Below, piece after piece: positions 29,960 through 43,925 of a DNA stretch of 64,000 bases (positions within the stretch are counted from its first letter, which is position 1; every line of letters starts with the position of its first letter). The position numbers and the translations under genes are program-made. This DNA comes from Eledone cirrhosa (Eukaryota): the NCBI GenBank assembly GCA_964016885.1, contig OZ024744.1, positions 44,950,001-45,014,000 of the forward strand, read 5' to 3'. Under the pieces are notes generated by a model, which was given only the letters and a program-made list of their open reading frames with translations, did no database searches and was not told the origin of the DNA.

Positions 29960-30296
29960 TATAATATAAAACGAAAAATCAGTGATGCATCTACTAGACT
30001 CAGTTTATTGTGTTACAATTGTTTTGTCGGCAGATAGATCGAGATACGATCATTGTATAGATCTATCTGATTCTAGAACTGCGGGTTCTTCGGACACATG
30101 CAATGCTTTCGGAGCAAATTTTCTCACCGGTGAGGAAATTTGCTCCGAAAGCATTGTATGTGACCGAAGAACGCGCAGTTCTAGAATCAGACAGATCCAT
30201 ACAATGATTGTGTCTCGAGTTATCTGCCGGCGAAACAATTGTGACACACAATAAACTGAGTCTAGATGCACTATTGATTTTTCGTTTTATATTATA
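29960..30296. mobile_element. Spacer-less fold-back element with a CCGAAGA-core HHR-like motif in each arm
   Basis: Palindrome centred on caccggtg (30125-30132); consensus of the arms is tgtgt-CCGAAGA-61 nt-GAAA-caattgt-A-acaca-ataaa. Confidence 0.75.
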
Positions 30297-30568
30297 TATA
30301 TATATATGTTCTTTATATTATATATATATATATATGTTCTTTATATTATATATATATATATGTTCTTCTGATTTTATAATTTCACAAATTTTTGCCAATA
30401 GAGAGAGTCGGTCTCTAACATAGACACAAGACGCTCTCATTGGAATATACACAACATCCACTAGGTAGATATGTATGTATGTCTTCATGCATGCATGTGT
30501 AGATATGGATGTTATTGTATGTGTGCATGTGTATATGCTTTGTATCTGTACATGTGTATATGCAGTTA

Positions 30569-33490
30569 TTAGATGTAAACATTTGGGAATGTGTTACATG
30601 TTTTTACTCTTCCATTAATGGATTGTACTTGTAATTTCCTAACTAGTTGTGTTCTTTCTGTTCCTGTGAAGCCTAGCTTCTCAAGATTTGTATTGAGGCA
30701 GTTACTAACATATCCCAGTGCCCCAATAACCACAGGCATAAATCTGAAGGTGTAATCAGGGTGGGGTATATGCAGATTTCTCATCAGTTCTGCATAAATA
30801 TTCTCCTTTCCGCTAATCTTTGATATTATATTGGCATCTGCTGGGCAGCAAATTTCCACTACTGTGCATGCCCTCTTCTCCCTGTCCCATATCATATTAT
30901 CTGGTCTGTTATGCCTGCATTTTATTAGGGTTTTTACTGGAACATTCGTCCAGTGGATGTCTTCCACATTGCTGTAGCTTTTAATGTGTTTATTATTGGG
31001 GCTATCTTGTCTAGGGATTGCATTTACAGTGTTTTGGCCACTACATCATGCCTCATAGGTAGATAGTACCGCGTTGACATATTTGGACAGCTGTTGATGA
31101 CATGGGTGATATCTTCAATGTTAGTTCTGCAGAGTCTGCACTTGTTATCACATCTAGGTGTTTTGCCTGCATCCCTATCTCTTTTGTGAATCAGGTATTT
31201 CGTGTTAATCTCCTGTTCTTGGATTACAAAAGCGTATCCTTCAAAGTGGGAAACAATATAGCGGTTGTTGGTCCAAGATAGACTACTTTCCTTATCTATA
31301 TTACTCTCAATCTGGAGCTTCCTGGCAACATATCCATGCATGATTTTTTCTGATAAGCATGCAGTTTTTCATCCATGGATTCACTGCGTTACTGCTGAGC
31401 GACTTCCCTGGGTGTCAGCTTTTGATTATCACACAGGGAATAACTTTCGAGGAGTTCCTTCCCAACTCTCATAATCTTAGCTGTTTCATGCAGATAGACT
31501 TGCTCGAAAGACGGGCTCCTACGCTTCGAGGTTCGTAGATGTTGTCGGAGGGATATGATGCGACATTCAAATGCTCTCTGGACTGATGTTAGGCCTCTGC
31601 CTCCCCTGCTTACATTTCAAGTAAAGGCGGTCTATGTCACAGTTGATGTGGACGTTTCTGGTGTTGTTTAGTATTTTTCGAGTTCTAACATCAACTGTTC
31701 GGATTTCGTCTATCGTCCAATTGAGTATTCCAAACGTTGGTTTTAGGACAGGCACAACAAACACTGCTTTGTTTTGCGCAGAGAGTTCCAATGACCAAAT
31801 CTTTCTTAATCGGGTGTAGTATTCCCTGGTTACACGCTCCTTATTACAGATACCATTATAGGATATGTTCTCATCTATCCCCAGGTATCTATAGCAGTCC
31901 TCATCAGATATCGGTGAAATAGTTAGGCCATTGATGACAATGTTGCTAGATTGGGTTGTTTTTTTACCAGCTTTACAGTCATATATGAGCATTTATCTTG
32001 GCTAAACTCCAATCCTATATCTTTTGAGAACATTGTAACCGGGTCAAGATTTTTCTTCATCCCATCCATGTTCTTCGCATAGAGTTTCAGATCATCCACA
32101 AAGAAATATGGGTTAGATTCGTATTTCTGTCCTCCTGTGGGCCAATGATGTACCCTTCACATTTTTTAGCAGAAAGGACAAGGGGTTTAATGACGAGATG
32201 AATAATACCACAGAGAGACTATCTCCCTGAAATATACCTCTGCGATATTTTATTTTATCAGTGAAAATAGAGTCCTCCTTCTCTGTAGGATAGTAGCCTC
32301 CTTCTATCTTAGGATAGTAGCCCAAGAAGAAGACGGCTTCTCTATGGCTCTGACAATAATGTCTGGGACTTTAGCAAGCTGGAGAACCTCTATCATCCAA
32401 GAATGGGGAACAGAATCGAAAGCTTTCCTGTAGTCCAGCCAGACTGTAGCCATATTCCTCCTAAGTTGTCGCACCTCCGACATCGCTGTTTTGTTGATTA
32501 GGAGTTGTTCAGCACATCGCCGAACCCCTTTCTGTGCACCTACTTGTTCATCTGTGATGATGTTATTATTTTCACAGTGATCTTGGAGGAATAGGTTCAG
32601 GCAGGCTGTATACATCTTATACATCAGGTTTTAGCATGCAATGGGCCGGCAGTTTTTTTGCCAAGTGGGTATCTTTGTTCTTGGGGACCAGTAATGTTTG
32701 TGCTAATGTCAACCATTCTGGTATAAGAACGTGTTGGTAGAGGTCAGTAAGATACCTCCGATAGAATATCAGTTTTTGTACCAGTAGCCGACACATCATG
32801 TCTCTTCCTGGTGTTTTCTTATCTTGGAGTTTTCTTATCACAATCTCAATGGTACCCTCACTTATTTCGTATGTTTTTGCTGGAGTGTAGGCGCAATAGT
32901 TCTTTCGTATTTCTTTTAGCCACACTGCATCTTGGTTGAAATTCTTCTTTTCACCCCATATTTTTCTCCAAAAGGAATCTATGTATTTCTTGGATGGGGC
33001 CTTAGTGACGCTTATTATTTTGCCCTTCATATCTCTATAGACTGATGTTTGGTTTCGTCTGATCTTTTATTAAGCACTTTTCTTTCGTCTACGTTCTTCA
33101 GGTATCGGCATTTTTCGCTAACAGCTCTCAATTCTTGTTTGAGGGTGATCAGCTTATATGGAAGAGTTCTGGTTCTACTGTTACCATACATCGTCTCTAT
33201 TTTATTTTTCACTCTTTGTTGGTGAGGAGTGAGGTTTTTTGGTGTTTGTTTGCATGTAAGGAGCATTGTCACATATCCTATGGTTTTTCGTAGGTCAGCA
33301 ATCTTTTTTTCTATTTTAGTTATATATGATGGTATTTTGTTCTTGTTAATATCTCTGCTATCACCAAGATAATGCTTCACTGTTGTTGCTAAGACATATA
33401 AACAGGCGTTGATTTGTCAAAATGTTGGGTTTTTTATCCGTCGTAAATATGTATGTATTTACTTCGTTTTTAAATTTAATTTGCAATATT
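30569..33490 (-). pseudogene. Decayed near full-length R4-like RLE LINE
   Basis: Successive ORF pieces WLDYRKAFDSVPHSW, GIFQGDSLS, YRYLG, CRLC..HVINSC, RHD and NRPD..VVEICCP. Confidence 0.88.
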
Positions 33491-33497
33491 TCATCTG

Positions 33498-33586
<89 letters not shown>

Positions 33587-33619
33587 TTTACTATACTATA
33601 TATCTGAATTAGTTGTCAT

Positions 33620-34300
33620 GCTTGAGTTATGGTATCATAATAAACCAGGATTGATATATAGTATGTGCATGCTACTTAATTATGCGAATAGAATTCAAAA
33701 GAATGGAACAGTCTATGGGAGCAATTTGTAAACGATTTCGGATCTACGATTCAATATATTCGGGCTATTCTTAATAATTAATTGAGATTCCAGTAAGCAT
33801 AATCTGCAAGTGTTATTAGTGGGATGGTATGAACGTTCGTTCGGTCGAGTTACACTCTCAAAGATTCAGCACGCCTTCTCCAATCGTCCCGGTCGAGCAT
33901 GGCATTTCTCAGCCTGTCTTTCCACGCCTCTTCATCCGACCGCTGCTTCCCAGATCACTGCGGCGAGGATAAGAAGAACTAGGGCCGCCCCTAGGAGTAT
34001 TGGATTTGGCGTACTTCATACTTGTTTCGGTTGCTAAATACAATGAGGGGTTGCTGCTTTCCCTGGAGGTCAATAGTTCTCTTATAACTCGAGCGTGAGC
34101 GCCTTTCCATTGTCAATTTGCATTGATCATCTGCAAATCGGCATTGTTCTCAGAACCACTACACTTATTATCATCTAAGTATTCTATCCGGTCAATATCG
34201 CCGGATGTGCCTAGGGCCACGTTGTAGTAGGCTGCATTCTGGTTAAAGATCGACTCATTTTGGGATAGGATACTTATTCTACTGGATATACCTTTGAAAA
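33620..34300 (-). pseudogene. Decayed PLE fragment (post-RT region)
   Basis: ISSRISILSQNESIFNQNAAYYNVALGTSG resembles IGKRISNISSNKNIFDANANYYNNTLSKAG in ORF 36062-37810; left boundary approximate. Confidence 0.55.
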
Positions 34301-34914
34301 GCTGACCACACAGTAAAACATGCGTATACTCTTGAGGGTGCTCTTCACTTTCTAAACTGTTAAAGCACACTTTTAGTATAATATACTCCTCTTCTGGCGA
34401 AGTAAACCTGGCTACATTAGTACCTCTGTAAATTAATTTGTAACTTTTTCTCTATGTGTATTGCTGTTGTCGCCATTTCCATTATTAATTCATTGATTTA
34501 TTGATCTGTATATAAGATGATAACCTATGTGAATAAACTCTGATGATATTGATTTTGAGCATATTTCTGAAAGTATGAAATCATAATGGAACTTTAGATA
34601 AAAGATTCTTACTTCTTAAGAAAATTCTGAGATGTCTGATTTTATAATCTCACATCCTAGAGATGAATCTCTATCATGTGTTAGTTTGAGAACATATCGA
34701 CTCATCAAAATATTAACAAATGAAGATATTCATTCACATAATCAAAATATATGGTTTATTATTATATTTTGATTATGTGAATATCATCATTTGTTAATAT
34801 TTTGAATAATATTAAAAACTCCAGGAAAACTTCCAGTTGTGTGCTTTAATCTATTGTAAAACTGTATTCATTGAGTAATCAATGAACCATATTAATCTTT
34901 GGTTATATATATAT

Positions 34915-36045
34915 ACAAGAATAGACAAACTATCTGGTTCTCTCCTCCCTTCTCACTCAACGTTAAAACCAATGTAGGCAAACAATTTCTAGCTCTCTTA
35001 GATAGACACTTTCTCATAGGTCATAATACCGCTCCATCTTTAACCGACACAAAGTAAAACTAGGATACTCCTGCGCTAAGATCATGAAGGCCCACATCAC
35101 CAACAGCCCTAAGAGTAACACCCCACCAGGGTGCTCTTGCCGTAAGCTCGAAGCTTGTCCCCTTCAACAGCAATGCAACACACCCGCTGTAATTTATGAA
35201 GCTGTGGTCACTTCCAACCGACCAAATCAACCACAGGAGGTCAAATCCTATGTGGCTGTGGCGGAGCGCCGATTTAAGGAACGCTTCCTGAACCACCAGT
35301 CGACCTTTAGGTACCCGGACAGGCGTTCATCCACGAAACTCGCGTGCCACGTATGTTCCCTCAAGGACTCAAGTATAGACTACTCCATTCAATGAAAAGC
35401 CATCACTAAGTCAAAGCCATACGCAAGGGGAAATCCGTCGTGTGGACTATGTATTGATGAACGGATAAATATTCTAAAGAGATTATGCAATAGTGATTGC
35501 CTAAACACGAGAAATGAGTTCTTCACACGTTGTCCACACGTCTCGAAACACCTCTTACATAACTACAAACCCCCGGATTGAATCACAACAAAATCCTAAT
35601 TTTCTTATCAAGTAGAAACTTTTCGGACTTTCGCAGTTAACTCCCTTACACCTCTCGCACGCTTTTAAGTATTGCCTGTGCGAAGTGACGGTTTCCGCGA
35701 ATGCGCGTTCGTACGGTTGTCCTTCCTGTTCCGTATAACCATGTCCATTACGAGGTGAGGATCCGGTAAGGTAAAACAATTGTTCTCGGTATGGTGAACT
35801 AACTGTTGTGTAACCACTTGTACCTAACTCGTCTCATGGACTGAGTGCTCTACCACTACGGATATTACCACACTAGTGTTCTACCACTAGATATATATAT
35901 ATATATATATGAGACGAGTTAGGTACAAGTGGTTACACAACAGTTAGTTCACCATACCGAGAACAATTGTTTTACCTTAGCGGATCCTCACCTCGTAATG
36001 GACATGGTTATACGGAACAGGAAGGACAACCGTACGAACGCGCAT
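34915..36045 (+). mobile_element. Second copy of the 1574-2742 PLE family, followed by an inverted partial pseudo-LTR (35911-36045)
   Basis: ORF 35084-35395 is nearly identical to the C-terminal part of 2088-2741; the pseudo-LTR matches. Confidence 0.9.
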
Positions 36046-36061
36046 TGTTAGTAAAGCCATC

Positions 36062-37810
36062 TTGGATAGAATTATCCCACAGGTTAGTTCTAATTGCTCT
36101 TCTTTGAACCTAAATTTATGGTTTGGTACTTCTGAGGGGATTGGCTGGTTCAACAAATTGGATAATAAAAACAAACTAAAATTTATTCAATTTGATATTG
36201 CCAGCTACTATTCCTCCATTTCGCCTTCACTTCTCAATAATGCTCTATCTTTCGCACTTAAATATTCTGACATCACCACAGATGAACTTCATATCATCCT
36301 CACCGCACGTAAAACCATCCTAGAGTTCAACAACGAATATTGTACCAGAGCCGACACCTCTAACAACTTCGATATCACAATGGGAGCATCCGATTCATCC
36401 CAATTGATTGATTTAATTGGTATCTTCATTTTGAACTCTTTGAGTCGGAAAATTCCTCAACTTCGCGGTGGAATTTATCGTGACGATGGACTCTTTACTA
36501 TCCTAAATTGCAATATAGTTAACCTTAATATTATTAAGAACAATATACGTAATCTCTTTAACCAACATAACCTAAAAATTGAATTTGATAATAGTATCAA
36601 ACTAGCTAATTTCTTGGATGTATCTCTTAATCTTGACACTGGCCTATATTACCCTTACCATAAAAACAATGAGAACCTAAATTATGTTAACTTTAAATCT
36701 AACCATCCTACCAATATCAAGAATGCTATAGTTAGTAATATTGGAAAAAGAATATCTAACATATCCTCTAATAAAAACATCTTTGATGCTAACGCCAATT
36801 ACTATAATAACACACTTTCTAAAGCCGGCTATCCAGATAAAATCAAATATAGTAAAGAAACAAATTCTAGAAAAACTTACAGTAGAATAATTAATCATGA
36901 TCATTCCAATAATTTTAATAAAAGACCTAGATACAAAAACATAATCTGGTATAATGCTCCTTTCTCCATCTCTATTAATAACAATATTCCTAAATTATTT
37001 TTTAGTGCCTTAAATAAATGCTTCCCTCCCTCACATATCTATAGTAAAATATTTAACAAACACACCATCAAATTTTCTTATTCTACATCCTCCAATATTT
37101 CCAACATCATCTCTAAACACAACAATAAAATACTAAATACTAAATCTCTTCCTTCCAACATTGAATTTCATAATAACAGTAATAGTACTCCCGACGTCAT
37201 TGTAAACCCTAGGCTAACTTCTGTAAACACAAATACAACGTCAAACACAACTTCGCTAAATGTTCATAATCCAACTCTAAATCAAGAAACTATTATTCCT
37301 ATTATTCCTATCGCAAACAACTTCTCCAATCCAATTCCTTCTATAGATAACACTAGGTCACTCATTAATAATCTCTCTAATTGCAACTGCCGCACTAAAA
37401 ATAAATATCCTCTCAACAACCATTGTCTCGATAAAAACTTAATTTATGAATGTAAAATTATAACTGGCACCAATTCCTTCACCCATTTTGGCTCCACTTC
37501 CACCTCTTTTAAAGCTCGTCTCTATAATCATCATTCATCTTTCAAATACAAACTTAAAAGAACCAACACTGCTCTCTCAGAACTCATATGGTCCTTAAAA
37601 GACAAAAACATTAAATATACCATCTTTTTGAAGAATGTTTCTTCTGCATCCTCATACTTGAACAGCTCTCTATCTAAAATCTGTAATCTCTGCCTAAATG
37701 AAAAATTTACCATTATCTCTAACCTAGATTCTATAATAAATAGACGTACAGATTTATTTTCTATCTGCCTGCATAAATTCCATAGGACTTTTCACAAAGT
37801 ATACAGTTAA
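36062..37810 (+). CDS. PLE RT + GIY-YIG ORF, 5'-truncated but uninterrupted over 582 codons; element extends to ~38910
   Basis: QFDIASYYSSI, MGASDSS, YRDDGL, FLDV, SNHP, WYNAPFS, CNCR, LIY...HFG, CNLC and CLH. Confidence 0.88.
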   Translation: MDRIIPQVSSNCSSLNLNLWFGTSEGIGWFNKLDNKNKLKFIQFDIASYYSSISPSLLNNALSFALKYSDITTDELHIILTARKTILEFNNEYCTRADTSNNFDITMGASDSSQLIDLIGIFILNSLSRKIPQLRGGIYRDDGLFTILNCNIVNLNIIKNNIRNLFNQHNLKIEFDNSIKLANFLDVSLNLDTGLYYPYHKNNENLNYVNFKSNHPTNIKNAIVSNIGKRISNISSNKNIFDANANYYNNTLSKAGYPDKIKYSKETNSRKTYSRIINHDHSNNFNKRPRYKNIIWYNAPFSISINNNIPKLFFSALNKCFPPSHIYSKIFNKHTIKFSYSTSSNISNIISKHNNKILNTKSLPSNIEFHNNSNSTPDVIVNPRLTSVNTNTTSNTTSLNVHNPTLNQETIIPIIPIANNFSNPIPSIDNTRSLINNLSNCNCRTKNKYPLNNHCLDKNLIYECKIITGTNSFTHFGSTSTSFKARLYNHHSSFKYKLKRTNTALSELIWSLKDKNIKYTIFLKNVSSASSYLNSSLSKICNLCLNEKFTIISNLDSIINRRTDLFSICLHKFHRTFHKVYS

Positions 37811-38804
37811 TATTCAATTCTTTATCAATTTAGAATCTTTTCTCAAAGGCACATATACATACACCTCTTTAAAATATACCCATCTTCCCACCTTACTTTA
37901 AAGGGCATTATACACTCTATAATACTTGTTTACTCATTACCCTCATTCTATCTTCACCTTGTAAAATCCTTCATAACATATACATTTATTTTTTTGACGT
38001 TAGAATATTCATCCGCAATCATTATTATTTTTTCTCTCTATCATAAATCTTTTTAATCTCAATTTCATCCTTAATTTATTATTTTTTTCTCCCCATCAAC
38101 GAACTCATTCTTAATACATATTAACTCTTTATTCGCATATATTATCAATTCCTCCAATATACAAACTTTAACTTCACATTATTTTTCTCAAATCCTTCTA
38201 CACACAAACCTTAATAATTTTTCTCTTCGTTAATTTTGAAATTGCCACAATACTTATCAACACACACTTTTTTTGACGTTAGAATATTCATCCACAATTA
38301 TTATTTTTTCTCTCTATCTTCATACATAAATTCCCTTCGTTAATTTTCAAATTCCTTTAATTTATGTAAAACAATATATCTTTTTCTCAGTTATAAAAAC
38401 TATCTCTTTCTCTCTATCACCCATCTCTCCCTCTCCACCTTCACTGTCATCTCCTCCCCCTTTTTTCACCCCCCCCCCCTCCATAAATAAAATATTCTTT
38501 CCTCGCACATATCCTCCCTTCGTTAATTTCAAATTTTTAATTCATACATTATCTTCCAACGGTTTTCAACCTCTCTATATAAAACAATATATCTCCTCTC
38601 AGTTATAAAAACTATCTCTTTCTTTCTCTCTATCACCCATCTCTCCCTCTCATCTCCTCCCCTTTTTCATCCTTTCCACCCACCCCCCTCTCTAAATAAA
38701 ATATTTTTCCCAATATCACACATCAATCTAAAACCATTTTTCATATGTTGATTTAAAACTGCACTATCCACAAGTGTTTTTTAGCCTTCATATCATGTTC
38801 TCCT

Positions 38805-38873
38805 GTTTTATCTGATGAAAACACAAATATTATTGCATGATGATGTTTGTTTTTGAAATGCGCATAATAAAAT
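38805..38873 (+). ncRNA. Type I hammerhead ribozyme in the 3' pseudo-LTR
   Basis: gttttat-CTGATGA(38812-38818)-long stem II-GAAA(38855-38858)-ATGCGCAT palindrome-A-ataaaat. Confidence 0.88.
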
Positions 38874-38904
38874 ACATGGAACTCCTTTAACCATCTTTTG
38901 ATCT

Positions 38905-38970
<66 letters not shown>

Positions 38971-39659
38971 CAAAGGAATTGTGGTAAGGAAGCTGAATGA
39001 ACGGTAGCAACGTAATATAAAGTGTTTTACTCAGGAACACTCTCTCTCGCACAAAACCATAACCCCCCCTCCCCAAGTCATATATATATATATAGGAAAA
39101 AGTATGACCCCGACGGCAGAGCTTAAGTCGTTTCGACGGCTATTTCTGGACTAAATTAGAATTTTTATCTGGTGAATAAATACCCGAACTTGTCAAGGAG
39201 GTACTTCCTTATATGGGAAGATTGTAGTTGCCAAGAGGATTGGTTAAAATTTGTTGTAAATACAAATAAGTCTATCATGGAATTTGGTGGGAGGTAGGCC
39301 ACTTAAATAACGAATCTACAACTCTATTTAGCACCACATAAAAACTATCATCATCACTAAATTAATAAAACGAAAATGTTTATCTGTCAAGTAATAAAAA
39401 AAATACAAAGTAAATCCCCGGTTTATTGCTACAATACCTACAGCACAGTGGATATCTCATAAATTCTGTCACCAAGTACATCTTAGTGGTTACTGTCATC
39501 TAGTCGCTACCCTATCACTATATCTAATGTACCCTATAGCAATTTTCAAATGTCAATTCCATACATCTGTATCATATCGGTCTGTTTAACATGCTAGATT
39601 CTCCATTATACTCTATCTTTTACTTACATTGATGTAATTATTTTAATTGTATGCTATCT

Positions 39660-39870
39660 AGTTATTTTATTTTATTATTGATATTATTGTTCTGGTTTAA
39701 TACCACACTTAAAAACCATACCTTATGTATTTCCTTCATTTCACCCGCTCCGATGAAACAGGCTGGTTATAAACAAAGTATTGGAGATCGATTCGCGCAA
39801 AATCAGGCGTATAGCGAACTCTAGACCTGCCAGACCAAAGAAACAATTGTCGAATATTTCTCGAATTATA
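39660..39870 (+). mobile_element. Divergent relative of the 7533/10407 pseudo-LTR with a CCGATGA-core HHR-like motif
   Basis: Shares attgatRttattgtt, ggagatcga, ctctagac and GAAACAATTGT; stem I is poor. Confidence 0.55.
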
Positions 39871-39904
39871 TATACATATATATATACACATATATATATA
39901 TATG

Positions 39905-39976
<72 letters not shown>

Positions 39977-40357
39977 AAGAAGTTTATGAAATGGAAATGC
40001 GGGTATAAAGAATATATTAGGTAACAATTGTTTCTATAGTGTGTGGGTTACCCACACACTATAGAAACAATTTTAAAATTGACTGCCCAGCTACACGTGG
40101 AAGAGAGAAGTCACAGCGTGTTTAAGGGCAGTGAACCAGTGGCCTCTGAGGGACGAACTGCTAGAAAGGGCAGCCCAAATCCACTCAGAGAAGTGTGCTC
40201 AACCAAACAGAGATAGGAAAGACTGTTATTAGGAGCGAAATATCACGATAAATTAACTGGTTCACTGCCCTTACACACGCTGTGACTTCTCTCTCCCACG
40301 TGTAGCTGGGCAGTCAATTTAAAAATTCTCTTAGTGTTGTCTGAAATGTATGGCCTT

Positions 40358-40437
40358 ACACACGCTGATGAACCGAGACAAGACCATTTCTTTCAACAAA
40401 TTTTTGGTGAAACATATCTTTGGATTTGTACGTGTGT
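40358..40437 (+). ncRNA. Full-size type I hammerhead ribozyme
   Basis: acacacg-CTGATGA-accgaga...ttttggt-GAAA-catatc tttg gatttgT-A-cgtgtgt; perfect 7-bp stem I; preceded by inverted repeat 40069-40140/40256-40327. Confidence 0.9.
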
Positions 40438-40663
40438 TATATAGTTATAGAGGTATTTATTTACGCTTTAATTTATATTTTTAATTATCGTGTCTATAGT
40501 CTGCCTTTCATAGGTTATAGATTCCATACACTGGTGGTTTTTTCCCTTTATTATTGATAACGCACTATATATCTCTCTCTGGTGTGTTACCTTCTCAACA
40601 TATTGTATATATACATATATATATATATACATATATATATCTATATTTATATATATATATATG

Positions 40664-40703
<40 letters not shown>

Positions 40704-40737
40704 CATATATATATATATACATATATATAAATACATA

Positions 40738-40819
<82 letters not shown>

Positions 40820-41123
40820 TACATATATATATATATACATATATATATACATGTATATATATATACATATACATATATATACATATATATATATACATAT
40901 ATATATATACATGTATATATACATATACATATATATACATATATAAATACATATATATATACATATATATAAATATATACATATATACATATATATATAC
41001 ATATATATATACATATATATACATATATATATACATATATATATACATTATATACATATATATATATATACATATATATATATACATATATACATATATA
41101 TATATATACACATATATATATAA

Positions 41124-41154
<31 letters not shown>

Positions 41155-41241
41155 AACATATATATATATGTATACATATATATACATATATATATACATA
41201 TATATATACATATATACATATATATATATACATATATATAT

Positions 41242-41326
<85 letters not shown>

Positions 41327-41458
41327 ACGAAGGAAATGTGGTAAGGAACCAGGTGGACCATAACGCACCAAAGTACTCAATACTTGAGGTAGTAGAGTGG
41401 GTAATAGGAACCAGTAAGACCCCGACAGCTGAGCTCAGCTGTCGGGGTCTTACTGGTT

Positions 41459-41520
<62 letters not shown>

Positions 41521-41701
41521 TATATATATATACATATATATACATATATACATATATATATACATATGTGTATATATATACATATATATATACACATGTA
41601 TATATATACATATATATATATACATGTATATATATACATATATATATACATATGTGTATATATATACATATATATATACACATATATATATATATATACA
41701 C

Positions 41702-41781
<80 letters not shown>

Positions 41782-41863
41782 TTTTATATATAATTAGCCG
41801 TCGAAACGGCTTGAGCTCAACCGTCGGGGTCTTACTGGTTCCTATACATATATATACATGTAT

Positions 41864-42320
41864 ATATAGTGTATTTTGCAATACACCGTATGCTTAATTA
41901 AAAGCATTTTGAAGACCATACGCTATTGTTTTAAAGTAGCGACATTGTCGCTTACTTAATTTTTTTTTTCGGCACTGTTTCGTACACTGTTTCGTACATT
42001 TTGGTACTTATCAAAACTCACTACTCTCCCCGTCTGCCGGAAATTTGTGCGTTGGATTCTTATAGAATTGCAGCGACCGCTCAGTAAAATCAGATGCTGA
42101 TGGTACTGGAATTCTATAAGAATCCAACACACATAATTTCCGGCAGACGCTGAGAGTAGTGAATTTTGATAAGTACTAAAAAGTACGAAACAGAGCTCTC
42201 AACTTATCGCCCCCTCTCTGCCGAAAATATAAGTAAGCGACAATGTCGCTATTTTAAATCATTAGGTCTTCAAAATGCTTTTAATTAAGCATACAGTGTA
42301 TTTCAAGGTACACTATATAT
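41864..42320. mobile_element. Fold-back element with U3-A8 HHR (42161-42205)
   Basis: Terminal arms are reverse complements; gaatt-TTGATAA-gtac/gtac-GAAA-cagagctcT-C-aactt. Confidence 0.75.
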
Positions 42321-42970
42321 ACATTCATATATATATCGCTAGTTCAGAGCACCAATTCTAATATATATATATACATATATATATACATATATATATATAC
42401 ATATATATATACATATATATATATATATACTTATATATATAAACATATATATATATAACGGCGATGAATTGGTTTTGCGAGGTTTTTGATATAAAATCGT
42501 GTGTCGAAACAAATATTGTTATACGCTAGTAAACTAAGATAGACTACAATAAGCAATACACAGTCACCCAAACACGAACACACATCAAACAAAACACTAT
42601 ACACACACGCAAGCGCATGTGCAGAGAAGACAAAAAATAAACAAATAAATAAATAAGTAAACAGACTAAATAAAGATGGCGTAGGCATTCAATACAACCG
42701 GAGGAAACATAATAGCACCACTGACGATGTTGCAGATGTGCAACGAAATAACTTTGTTAGACTATATATATGTGTTTGTGTCTATATTGTATCTGTATTT
42801 TTTACCGTTGGTCAGTCAATAGCAATATTGAGGAGCGAAAAAATTAAATTAACCGATATAAAAGACACAGAAGCGAAAACCAACGAAACAGTGAGTGGTT
42901 CTCTTATTAATTCTGGAAATATTATTACACAAATATGACCCTCGCCAAGTATAACCATATATATATATAC

Positions 42971-43001
<31 letters not shown>

Positions 43002-43002
43002 C

Positions 43003-43095
<93 letters not shown>

Positions 43096-43134
43096 CATAT
43101 ATATACATATATATATATACATATATATATATAC

Positions 43135-43171
<37 letters not shown>

Positions 43172-43255
43172 GACATGTATATACATATATATATATATAC
43201 ATATATATATATGTATATATATATACAGATATGTATATACACATATATATATATA

Positions 43256-43289
<34 letters not shown>

Positions 43290-43304
43290 TTTATATATAA
43301 ATAC

Positions 43305-43545
<241 letters not shown>

Positions 43546-43883
43546 AATTAAATATCACCCAGCAAGAATTGGTTCCCCCTGCATATTAACTCTCTAAAAA
43601 GGGAAATCATATCAAACCACAGTCCACCATTTTCCCCTTCACGGAACCATGGTTCAACTAAGCACTCTTGCGATATTAACACATTTTGAACTGCTTAACT
43701 TCAATGACTGTGCTTGTAAATAACATTATTTTTTCTTCCACATTGACTTTTTAACGTTCCACATTATGCACGTTATTTTTTCCTTTTTCTTTTTTCTTTT
43801 TACTTCTTAGACCTTGTTTCTATATAACATATTCTTTCTACACCTTCTGTTTAACATGTGCAACACCACACTGATACATTTCA

Positions 43884-43925
43884 CTATCATTTGATAATGC
43901 ATATAAATGCTGAAACCGGTAATAG
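43884..43925 (+). ncRNA. Minimal U3-A8 variant HHR
   Basis: TTGATAA(43891-43897)-gcat ataa atgc-GAAA-ACCGGT palindrome-A-atag; stem I is short or bulged. Confidence 0.6.

Noticed and set aside
34519-34585. CTGATGA...GAAA possible hammerhead
   Set aside because: No convincing stem I, II or III pairing; likely chance in AT-rich DNA.
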